Shown here one piece after another: positions 22,367 to 30,108 of a DNA stretch of 46,718 nucleotides. Both the position numbers and the translations under genes were made by a program. Numbering within the stretch: position 1 is the stretch's first letter; every line of letters starts with the position of its first letter. Origin of the DNA: Candidatus Doudnabacteria bacterium RIFCSPHIGHO2_01_FULL_46_24 (GTDB lineage Bacteria > Patescibacteriota > Doudnabacteria > UBA920 > O2-02-FULL-48-8); contig MFEL01000001.1 in assembly GCA_001777575.1 (NCBI GenBank), positions 1-46,718 on the forward strand. The letters run 5' to 3'. Below the pieces are notes generated by a model. It was not told the origin of the DNA. It did not search any database and saw only the letters and a program-made list of their open reading frames with translations.

Positions 22367-23159
22367 CGGTTATCAAAATCCCGCTTTCAAACAAGTTAAC
22401 CTCCGACGTAACCTCCGCACGCACGGCCTCCGGAATGCTCTTTGGCCAAATATAACGGAACGTGCGGACCTCCGAAGATTTGACCAGATTGACGGTAGTG
22501 GAATTAACTCCGACGATGCGGTTTGAGCTGTCATACAGAAGCATCGGGAGATATATCTGCTTGATCGTAAAAGGCGACAAATTTTTAATCCCTCCGCTGA
22601 CCGCGATGGTCCCATTGGGATTTTCTATGCTCACCCGCTCCAATTCCAAATTCAGAGGCGGCAGCTGCGGCTTGTAGCGGAACTTCGGCTCTTCAAATTT
22701 GAAATCCAGCAATTCGGGAGTTTGATCGCTTGTGAACTTGGAGAACACCAGAATTTTTTCAGAAGCCGGCAGAACAAAAGTCTTGCCGCTGACTTTGGTG
22801 ATGGCCGTGTTGCCAAAAGTTTTGAACTCCGCGGTGAAAATAAGTTCCGGTATCCCCTGCTCGAGATTGATGTTGCGGATGCGCACTAGGCCGCTATAGC
22901 TGTTCTGGCTCAATTCGAAAATTTTATGGTCAACCAATTTGATCGGTTGAGGCTGCGGCCGGACCGTCACAACTTCCGGCGGCTGGTATTGGCTGATGAA
23001 TACGCTGGAGAAAGAGTATTTCAAAAACAAAAACAGCGGCAGTGCAGCGGCCAGCGCCACCACCAGACTGTACCAATATCCGATTTTTAAGGTTGAAAAG
23101 CGGTCGCTTATCAAAAGCATCCAGTCTTCAACCTGCTCATTTTTTATTTTGAAGGCCAT
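22344..23159 (-). CDS. Membrane-anchored hypothetical protein
   Basis: The ORF track extends to 23216, which would overlap the divergent dnaE start. Preferred ATG at 23157-23159 (MAFKIKNEQ). One TM helix and a beta-rich extracytoplasmic body. Overlaps the SEDS gene by 23 nt. Confidence 0.6.
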   Translation of the reverse strand: MAFKIKNEQVEDWMLLISDRFSTLKIGYWYSLVVALAAALPLFLFLKYSFSSVFISQYQPPEVVTVRPQPQPIKLVDHKIFELSQNSYSGLVRIRNINLEQGIPELIFTAEFKTFGNTAITKVSGKTFVLPASEKILVFSKFTSDQTPELLDFKFEEPKFRYKPQLPPLNLELERVSIENPNGTIAVSGGIKNLSPFTIKQIYLPMLLYDSSNRIVGVNSTTVNLVKSSEVRTFRYIWPKSIPEAVRAEVTSEVNLFESGILITDEQAQRF

Positions 23160-23199
23160 TTCCCAAATTATAACATTTTTGCAATAATTCAACCAAGCT

Positions 23200-26100
23200 A
23201 TGTCTGCAAATTTCACCCATCTCCACGTCCATTCGCATTATTCACTTTTGGACGGTATGCCCAAAATAGACGAACTGATTGGCTTTGCCAAAAAGCAAGG
23301 TTTTGAAGTGCTGGCCTTGACCGATCACGGAGTCATGTACGGGGCAGTCGAGTTTTACAAAAAAGCCAAAGCCGCCGGCATTAAGCCCATCATCGGCATG
23401 GAAACTTATCTGGCGCTGGACTCCTTAAACGACAAACGCGCCAAAATTGACAATGATTACTACCATCTGGTGCTGCTGACACAAAACTTTGAGGGGTACA
23501 AAAACCTCATGCGGCTGACCACCATCGCCCACCTCGACGGTTTTTATTACCGCCCGCGGATTGACAAACCGACTTTGGAAAAATATTCCAGCCACTTAAT
23601 CGCCCTCTCCGGATGCATGCGCGGCGACATTCCCCGCGCCCTGCTCAATTCCGATTTCGAAAAAGCCAAAAAACTCGTCGCTGATTACAAGCGGATTTTT
23701 GCCGACCGGTTTTATCTGGAAATCCAAAGACACGAAAGCAAGGATCAAGAGTATGATCGGAAGGAAAAATTGCTCAATCAGCGCCTGCTCAAGCTGGCCG
23801 GCGAAACGCAAACACCCATTGTGGCGACCAATGACAGCCACTACCTCCGGGCCGAGGACGCCGATGCACAAGATCTCATGGTTTGCGTAGGCCTAGGCAC
23901 CACCGTGGCCGACGCAAACCGCTTGGACATGCGCCACAACAATCTCGCTTTGAAGTCCGCTTCAGAGATGAAAAAACTGTTTGCGGATCTGCCGCAGGCT
24001 ATTGTCAACTCCAACCAAATTGCTTCGCTTTGCAACTTAGAGATCCCGCTGAATGAGCGCTACTTTCCGGATTTTCCCATCCCGGCCGGCTATGACGCGG
24101 CTTCGTTTCTGACGGAACAGGCTTTCCGCGGTTTGGCGAAAAAATACGGCATTGACTCTGAGCTGGCCATTCCCGAAATCAAAAACCAAATCAAACCCGA
24201 GATCGTGGAAAGGCTGGAATACGAACTGCACGTCATCACCAAAAAAAACTATTCCGGATATTTCCTCGTAGTAGCGGATTTCGTAAACTGGGCGCGCAAG
24301 GCCGGCATCATCGCCACCACGCGCGGCTCGGCAGCCGGCTGCCTCGTATCTTACTCCATCGGCATCACCACCATTAATCCGTTGGATTACAAACTCCCGT
24401 TTGAACGATTTTTGACTTTGGAACGGCCGCTGCCGCCGGACATTGACATGGATTTTGCCGATTCGAGGCGCGATGAGGTCATTGACTATGTCACGCACAA
24501 ATACGGCGAGGATAAGGTGGCGCAGATCGTGACTTTCGGGACCATGATGGCGCGAGCGGCAATGCGCGATTGCGGCCGGGCCTTGGGCATCCCCTATGCC
24601 AAGTGCGACAAAATCGCCAAAATGGTTCCGTTCGGCAAATTCGGCTTTCATATGACCATTGAAAAAGCGCTGGAAACCAATCCGGAGCTAAAAGACGCCT
24701 ATGACAAAGATCCGGAAACCATGCGGTTGATCAATCTGGCTTTGAAAGTCGAAGGCGTGGCAAGGCACGCCTCGGTCCATGCCGCCGGGATCGTCATTGC
24801 CCCCACTCCTCTGACTGATTACTGTCCCTTGCAAAAAGACCAGGACGGCAAAATCATTACGCAGTATGATATGTATTCCATCGAAGAAGCGGGCTTGGTC
24901 AAAATGGATTTCCTGGGAATCCGCAACCTCTCCATCCTCGGCAACACCGTCGAAATCGTAGACCATACCAGAGGAGTCAGGATTGATCTCAACAACCTGC
25001 CGCTTGATGACAAAAAAACTTTCGAACTCCTTTCTGCCGGCAAAACCATGGGGCTGTTCCAGTTGGGCGGCAGCGGCATGACCAAATACTTAAAAGAGCT
25101 CCGGCCCACCAACATCTTTGACATCATGGCCATGATTTCGCTTTATCGCCCCGGCCCCATTGAATCTATTCCCGAATACATACGCAGAAAACACGATCCG
25201 CGGTTAATTGCCTACACTGACCCAAAAATGGAAGATATCCTCTCTCAATCCAACGGCATTATCACCTACCAGGACGACGTTTTGCTCATTGCGATTCAGA
25301 TCGCCGGTTATACCTGGGAAGAAGCCGACAAGCTTAGAAAGGCTATGGGCAAAAAAATCCCCAAAGAAATGGCGGCCCAAAAGGAAAAATTTACCGAAGG
25401 ATGCAAGACCCACTCCAATTACAGTGAAACCCGTGCCCTCAATTTGTGGCAGCTGATAGAACCGTTCGCCGCCTATGGCTTCAACAAAGCGCACGCCGCC
25501 TCTTACGCCATCGTGGCCTACCAAACGGCCTATATGAAGGCGAATTTCCCGACTGAATTCATGGCCGCAGTCATGACTGCCGAAGCCGGCGACGCCGCCA
25601 CCATAGCAAGCGCGGTTGAAGAATGCCGACTGATGGGAATCGAAGTTCTACCGCCGGATGTCAACGAAAGTTTAAGCAATTTCACGGTGATTGACGACAA
25701 ACACATCCGCTTCGGGCTTAATGCCATCAAAAATTTGGGCAGCGACGTAGTCGCCGCCATTATCGCCCAGCGCAAAACCGGAGGCAAATTCGCCTCTCTG
25801 GAAGATTTTCTGATCCGCCAGCAAACCAACCTTCCTCCCTCGCCAGGGCAAGTTCGCCTGCCTGCCGGCAAGGTAGGGCGGGCAGGAAATTTCAACAAGA
25901 AATCCTGGGAGGCCCTGGCTAAGTCCGGGGCTTTGGATGGCTTAGGCGAGCGCAATCAGCTTTTGGCCAATACTGAAAGCGTTATGGATTTTGCGCGTTC
26001 CCAAACCAAAGCGGGTTTGGAAAAACAAGCCAGTTTGTTCGGTGAAAGTTCGGCCTTGCCCGCCAAACTTAAACTTCGAGAAGTCGAGCCGGCTGCCAAA

Positions 26101-26706
26101 AAAGACCGTTTAGGCTGGGAGAAAGAACTTTTGGGCCTGTATGTCACTGCCCATCCTTTGGATGAAGTCAGGGATAAACTGTCGAAACTTGCAACATCAA
26201 TAAAGCAAATGCCGCTTAACTCAAGCAGCATCACCATCGGCGGCATCATCAACAAGATCCAAAAAATCCTGACCAAAAAGGGCGAACAGATGATCTTTCT
26301 GGAGCTTGAAGATTCCACCGGCATGGTGGAAGTTATTGTGTTTCCGTCAGTGCTGCAAAAATACGGCCCGCTGATTGAAGAGTCGAAAATCGTGCTCATT
26401 GTGGGCAAAACTTCAGACAAAGACGGGGTTCCTAAGTTCCTGGCTGACGAAATTAAAGAACTTGGCCAGTCTACCCTCCCTCTTACTTCACCTCCCTCAC
26501 CAACCACCCCCACCCCTCCAACAGTCACCATCAAAATCCCGACCGAGGCCAATGACGAGCTCTTTCATGAGTTAAAAAAACTGTTCGAATCATCGCCAGG
26601 GACCATGGCGGTCTCCTTGCTGATTGCCGACCAGAAAGTTACTACGCCGTTTCGGATTAACTTAAGCGAGGATCTGAAAACTAAGATTAAACAGCTGCTG
26701 GGTTGA
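23200..26706 (+). CDS. dnaE: DNA polymerase III alpha subunit
   Basis: 1168 aa. PHP domain HLHVHSHYSLLDG, polymerase core, HhH and OB regions. Confidence 0.95.
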   Translation: MSANFTHLHVHSHYSLLDGMPKIDELIGFAKKQGFEVLALTDHGVMYGAVEFYKKAKAAGIKPIIGMETYLALDSLNDKRAKIDNDYYHLVLLTQNFEGYKNLMRLTTIAHLDGFYYRPRIDKPTLEKYSSHLIALSGCMRGDIPRALLNSDFEKAKKLVADYKRIFADRFYLEIQRHESKDQEYDRKEKLLNQRLLKLAGETQTPIVATNDSHYLRAEDADAQDLMVCVGLGTTVADANRLDMRHNNLALKSASEMKKLFADLPQAIVNSNQIASLCNLEIPLNERYFPDFPIPAGYDAASFLTEQAFRGLAKKYGIDSELAIPEIKNQIKPEIVERLEYELHVITKKNYSGYFLVVADFVNWARKAGIIATTRGSAAGCLVSYSIGITTINPLDYKLPFERFLTLERPLPPDIDMDFADSRRDEVIDYVTHKYGEDKVAQIVTFGTMMARAAMRDCGRALGIPYAKCDKIAKMVPFGKFGFHMTIEKALETNPELKDAYDKDPETMRLINLALKVEGVARHASVHAAGIVIAPTPLTDYCPLQKDQDGKIITQYDMYSIEEAGLVKMDFLGIRNLSILGNTVEIVDHTRGVRIDLNNLPLDDKKTFELLSAGKTMGLFQLGGSGMTKYLKELRPTNIFDIMAMISLYRPGPIESIPEYIRRKHDPRLIAYTDPKMEDILSQSNGIITYQDDVLLIAIQIAGYTWEEADKLRKAMGKKIPKEMAAQKEKFTEGCKTHSNYSETRALNLWQLIEPFAAYGFNKAHAASYAIVAYQTAYMKANFPTEFMAAVMTAEAGDAATIASAVEECRLMGIEVLPPDVNESLSNFTVIDDKHIRFGLNAIKNLGSDVVAAIIAQRKTGGKFASLEDFLIRQQTNLPPSPGQVRLPAGKVGRAGNFNKKSWEALAKSGALDGLGERNQLLANTESVMDFARSQTKAGLEKQASLFGESSALPAKLKLREVEPAAKKDRLGWEKELLGLYVTAHPLDEVRDKLSKLATSIKQMPLNSSSITIGGIINKIQKILTKKGEQMIFLELEDSTGMVEVIVFPSVLQKYGPLIEESKIVLIVGKTSDKDGVPKFLADEIKELGQSTLPLTSPPSPTTPTPPTVTIKIPTEANDELFHELKKLFESSPGTMAVSLLIADQKVTTPFRINLSEDLKTKIKQLLG

Positions 26707-26718
26707 CTTATTTTTATT

Positions 26719-26816
26719 CCCATCCCCGAGGCGAGGGTTAGGTCTAGTAATCGGGGATCTTATCTAGGCTTTAGCAAGATCCCCGCTTAACTAAGAAGAA
26801 TTCTCAGCGGGGATGG
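26719..26816 (+). repeat. Nested-palindrome element, copy 3
   Basis: cccatccccgaggcgagggttaggtctagtaatcggggatctt ... aagatccccgcttaactaagaagaattctcagcggggatgg. It starts 13 nt after the dnaE stop. Confidence 0.75.
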
Positions 26817-26824
26817 ACGAAAAC

Positions 26825-26854
26825 TTGCCAAATTAAACAGACAAGGGATATAAT
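26825..26854 (+). promoter_or_regulatory. Sigma70-type promoter of the thrS leader
   Basis: TTGCCA, 18 nt, TATAAT. Confidence 0.55.
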
Positions 26855-26860
26855 ACCCTT

Positions 26861-27055
26861 AAGCTTTTGAGAGCCTTGAAGCGGACTCACCAACCGCGGA
26901 GCTCTCACGCTGGCTTTAGAGCGTTATCAAAGAAACAAAGTGGGTTGTTAACGGTTAATCGTCAATAGTTAACAGTCAACTTGGGTGGAACCCCCAAGCC
27001 CCAGTTTGAAAAACTGGAGCTGGGCCCAAGCAGTGATGCTTGGTTATTTTATTTT
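26861..27055 (+). promoter_or_regulatory. T-box leader (Thr, specifier ACC) with intrinsic terminator, upstream of thrS
   Basis: T-box core caacttGGGTGGaACCcc at about 26977-26994. Terminator ccaagca gtga tgcttgg followed by ttattttatttt (27026-27055). cttggg (26980-26985) can alternatively pair with cccaag (27025-27030), the 5' arm of the terminator. Stem I is tgagagc...gctctca enclosing gcgg actcACCaa ccgc. Confidence 0.72.
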
Positions 27056-27086
27056 CCCCTTTACGCCCTTTAATCCCATTAACCCC
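27056..27086. repeat. 9-nt periodic C-tract/G-tract repeat, copy 2 of 3 (thrS 5' UTR)
   Basis: cccc tttacg ccc tttaat ccc attaa cccc. The minus strand reads GGGG TTAAT GGG ATTAAA GGG CGTAAA GGGG. Confidence 0.55.
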
Positions 27087-27092
27087 ATATCT

Positions 27093-28850
27093 ATGACAAA
27101 ACAATCTCAAGAATACCTCGACAATCTCCGGCACTCCTGCGCCCACCTTTTAGCCGCGGCAGTGATGCAATTGTGGCCCAACGCCAAGCGGGCCATCGGC
27201 CCGTCCATCGAAAACGGCTTTTATTTTGATTTTGACTTTGGTAAGGACAAAATTTCGGAAAAAGATTTTGGCAGGATTGAAAAAAAGATGCGCGAAATCG
27301 CCCCGACCTGGGACGGCTTTAAGCGCCACGAACTGCCCAAAGAAGCGGCCAAAAAAGAATACCCGGGCAACCCGTACAAGCACGAACTGATTGATGAATT
27401 TGCCAGCAAAGGCGAAAAATTAAGCTTTTACAAATCAGGAAATTATTGGGACCTTTGCCGCGGCGGGCACATTGACAATCCCAAAAAAGAGCTGCAGCAC
27501 TTCAAGCTTTTGAGCGTAGCCGGCGCCTACTGGCGCGGCTCCGAAAAAAACCCGATGCTAACGCGCATCTACGCCACCTGCTGGCCGAGCCAAAAAGAAC
27601 TGGACGATTATTTGAAGATGCGGGAAGAAGCGGAAAAACGCGACCATAGGATTTTGGGTGAAAAATTGGGCATATTCACTTTTGCCGAGGAAGTCGGCAT
27701 GGGCTTGCCGCTTTGGCTGCCAAAAGGCACAATCATCCGCGAAGAACTGGAAGCCTGGGCTAAGGAAACCGAAAAACAATGGGGCTATCAAAGAGTGGCC
27801 ACTCCGCACATCACCAAGGAAGAGTTGTATAAAATCTCGGGACATCTTCCCTATTACGCCGAAGACATGTATTCACCCATAGATATCGAAGGCGCGAAAT
27901 ATTACCTCAAGCCCATGAACTGTCCGCATCACCATATGATTTACAAATCAAAAATCCACAGCTACCGCGAATTGCCCCTGCGTCTGACTGAATACGGCCA
28001 GCTTTACCGGTTTGAACAATCTGGAGCATTACATGGCCTGATGCGCGTACGCGGCTTTTGCCAAAACGACGCCCATATTTATCTGGCAGAAAAAGATGTT
28101 CCGGGGGAATTCGCCCGTGTCATGGAAATGCATAAGTATTACTATGACAGGCTGGGAATAAAAAACTTCAAAATCAAGCTCGGGCTGCGCGACCCTAAAA
28201 ATCTGCGGAAAAAATACCACGGCGACGATGCCATGTGGAAACGGGCCGAAAAATTGACGCGCGAAGGGTTGGAAAAATCCAAAGTGAAGTTTGAGGAAGA
28301 TATCGGGAGCGCGGCGCACTACGGCCCCAAAGGCGATGTCATAATCGAGTCAGTCATTGGCAAAGAATATGCAATCGGCACGGTCCAAGTTGACCTATAC
28401 ATGCCTAGTCGGTTTGGCCTTTATTTTGTCAACGAACGGGGCGAGCATGAACAGTCAGCTATTATCCACCGCGCGCCCTTGGGCAGCCACGAGCGCATGG
28501 TTGGATTTTTGATCGAGCATTTCGCCGGCGCTTTCCCAGTTTGGCTCTCTCCGGTCCAGGTGGCCGTGCTGCCGATTTCCGACAAACAGGTCAAATACGC
28601 GCAAAAGGTTGTGGATGAGCTTGTCAAGAACAATATCCGCGTGGATTTTTACAACCGCCCTGAATCAATTGGCAAAAAAATCCGCGAAGCGGAAATACAA
28701 AAAATTCCCTATATGCTGATCATCGGCGAAAAAGAGCAGAGAGCCAAATCAATAGCCGTGCGGGCGAGGAACAACAAAAATTTGGGGGTCATGAAATTGG
28801 ATAGATTTGTTGACCGGGTGCTGAAAGAAATAAAAACCAAGAAAATATAA
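27093..28850 (+). CDS. thrS: Threonyl-tRNA synthetase (no N-terminal TGS domain)
   Basis: The ORF track begins at 26985 with a non-ATG codon inside the T-box terminator region. The ATG at 27093 gives MTKQSQEYLDNLRHSCAHLLAAA..., which aligns to the start of the editing domain (HxxxH...CxxxH family) as I recall E. coli ThrRS. Class II core and anticodon-binding domain follow. Confidence 0.92.
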   Translation: MTKQSQEYLDNLRHSCAHLLAAAVMQLWPNAKRAIGPSIENGFYFDFDFGKDKISEKDFGRIEKKMREIAPTWDGFKRHELPKEAAKKEYPGNPYKHELIDEFASKGEKLSFYKSGNYWDLCRGGHIDNPKKELQHFKLLSVAGAYWRGSEKNPMLTRIYATCWPSQKELDDYLKMREEAEKRDHRILGEKLGIFTFAEEVGMGLPLWLPKGTIIREELEAWAKETEKQWGYQRVATPHITKEELYKISGHLPYYAEDMYSPIDIEGAKYYLKPMNCPHHHMIYKSKIHSYRELPLRLTEYGQLYRFEQSGALHGLMRVRGFCQNDAHIYLAEKDVPGEFARVMEMHKYYYDRLGIKNFKIKLGLRDPKNLRKKYHGDDAMWKRAEKLTREGLEKSKVKFEEDIGSAAHYGPKGDVIIESVIGKEYAIGTVQVDLYMPSRFGLYFVNERGEHEQSAIIHRAPLGSHERMVGFLIEHFAGAFPVWLSPVQVAVLPISDKQVKYAQKVVDELVKNNIRVDFYNRPESIGKKIREAEIQKIPYMLIIGEKEQRAKSIAVRARNNKNLGVMKLDRFVDRVLKEIKTKKI

Positions 28851-28959
28851 TACTCCGACGCGTCGGTCAGAGTTATTTTGCGAGTAAAAATAAAAACAAG
28901 GCGTCCGGTCCTGCAGAGCAGAACACGAACGCCCGAGAAGCAACCAACGCCGAAGCGCT

Positions 28960-29763
28960 TTAGCGGATGCGCGCGTAGCCGCGTTCCGGCGAACGCACAT
29001 CGAAGCGATACATCGCGCCTTGGGGCGAGATGTACAGCACAGTGTACGGATCCAGCGCCTCGCCTTCGTAGTACACGACGGTCGTTGGCCTGCCTGAGTT
29101 CGCCGAGAACATCGGCGTGATCAAGCTAGCCGCCTCTTGCGTGTCCTGCGCGAAGCTCATGGATGTGAACGATGGCGTCAGCGAGCTGAGCGGCCCTTTG
29201 ATCCACCAATGCCCGCCTTCCTGCGAAGCGCGGAGACTAGACGGGTTAATGGCCGCCTTGCTGTCCGGCAGTTCGAGTTCGAACCGCATCTTCTGGAAGG
29301 ACTCACCCTTCCAGAAATGGACAACGTCGCCGTCCTTGGCCGGCACATTGGACAGCACCGTGCTGTCCGATTCCGGGTAACGGGGCTGCCCATTGGCATA
29401 ACCGGTGACCACAGTCCAGCCGCAGCTGAGGACACCGACGGTTCCGCCCGAAAGCGTATCGTTGGGTGCCAGCTGAGGCACCACTGCATTGCGCATCTGG
29501 CCGGACGCGATGGCCCTGAACGCCTCAGGGCAGGAAGTCCGCCAAGGAGCCGCGGGGTCCGGTGTGGTCCGCGTGTAGTCTCCGATCAGGCGCGTGAGCG
29601 CCAGGTTGGGCGCATTGGTAGCGCCGGAACCGGGATTCCCTGTCCCCGGCGTGGTCCGCGACGGACCGGTCGGCGACCCGTTGTCATCCTTGCCGCAACC
29701 GAACCCGGCTGCGGAGATCACCATCACGAACGCGAGAGCCAGTTTCCAGTTGCGCATGTGCAT
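28960..29763 (-). CDS. Lipoprotein, unknown function (G+C-rich island)
   Basis: The ORF track extends to 29829. Preferred start MHMRNWKLALAFVMVISAAGFGC (ATG at 29761-29763, Shine-Dalgarno site acGGAGGAG). The sequence has a lipobox-like AAGFGC. A spot count of one 60-nt line gives 37/60 G+C here against 23/60 in thrS. Confidence 0.6.
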   Translation of the reverse strand: MHMRNWKLALAFVMVISAAGFGCGKDDNGSPTGPSRTTPGTGNPGSGATNAPNLALTRLIGDYTRTTPDPAAPWRTSCPEAFRAIASGQMRNAVVPQLAPNDTLSGGTVGVLSCGWTVVTGYANGQPRYPESDSTVLSNVPAKDGDVVHFWKGESFQKMRFELELPDSKAAINPSSLRASQEGGHWWIKGPLSSLTPSFTSMSFAQDTQEAASLITPMFSANSGRPTTVVYYEGEALDPYTVLYISPQGAMYRFDVRSPERGYARIR

Positions 29764-29820
29764 CTCCTCCGTATAGTGTGATTGCCTAGTATCCTCCCTG
29801 ATGTTGCTAGGGAACGCTAT

Positions 29821-29849
29821 ATCATACAAGAAACCTAAGCATTCGTCAA
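29821..29849 (-). promoter_or_regulatory. Sigma70-type promoter of the lipoprotein gene
   Basis: Minus strand TTGACG, 17 nt, TATGAT. Confidence 0.5.
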
Positions 29850-29913
29850 TAGCTTAATTAGGCTAAGTATTAGCGGCTATTGTATAATTGAACAGCCATC
29901 TAATCTAATTATC

Positions 29914-30048
29914 ATGAAAAAACGCACAGAACACGGCTTGAAAGCGGAAAAAAGACAGCTCAAAAAGCGCCCCCGGATGCGCGTCCATGGAGCGGGGTTG
30001 AAAAAACCATCAAAATACGCAGGCCAGAGGCTTGCGAAAATTAAATAA
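29914..30048 (+). CDS. Candidate 44-aa highly basic protein
   Basis: Hand translation gives MKKRTEHGLKAEKRQLKKRPRMRVHGAGLKKPSKYAGQRLAKIK. TATAAT at 29883-29888. No Shine-Dalgarno site. It does not match any small ribosomal protein I can recall. Confidence 0.3.
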   Translation: MKKRTEHGLKAEKRQLKKRPRMRVHGAGLKKPSKYAGQRLAKIK

Positions 30049-30063
30049 TTGTTTTATTACGGA

Positions 30064-30095
30064 TTGCGGATTACGGATTAATCCGTAATCCGTAA
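30064..30095. repeat. 32-nt near-perfect palindrome built from ttacgga words
   Basis: ttgcggattacggatt / aatccgtaatccgtaa (one mismatch), 14 nt upstream of the miaA ATG. Confidence 0.7.
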
Positions 30096-30108
30096 ATTCG
30101 TAATTTCC

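Noticed and set aside
26985-27092. N-terminal extension of thrS given in the ORF track (start at 26985)
   Set aside because: The extension starts at a non-ATG codon, runs through the T-box core, the terminator hairpin and the U-run, and adds sequence with no ThrRS homology. The ATG at 27093 matches the start of the editing-domain alignment.
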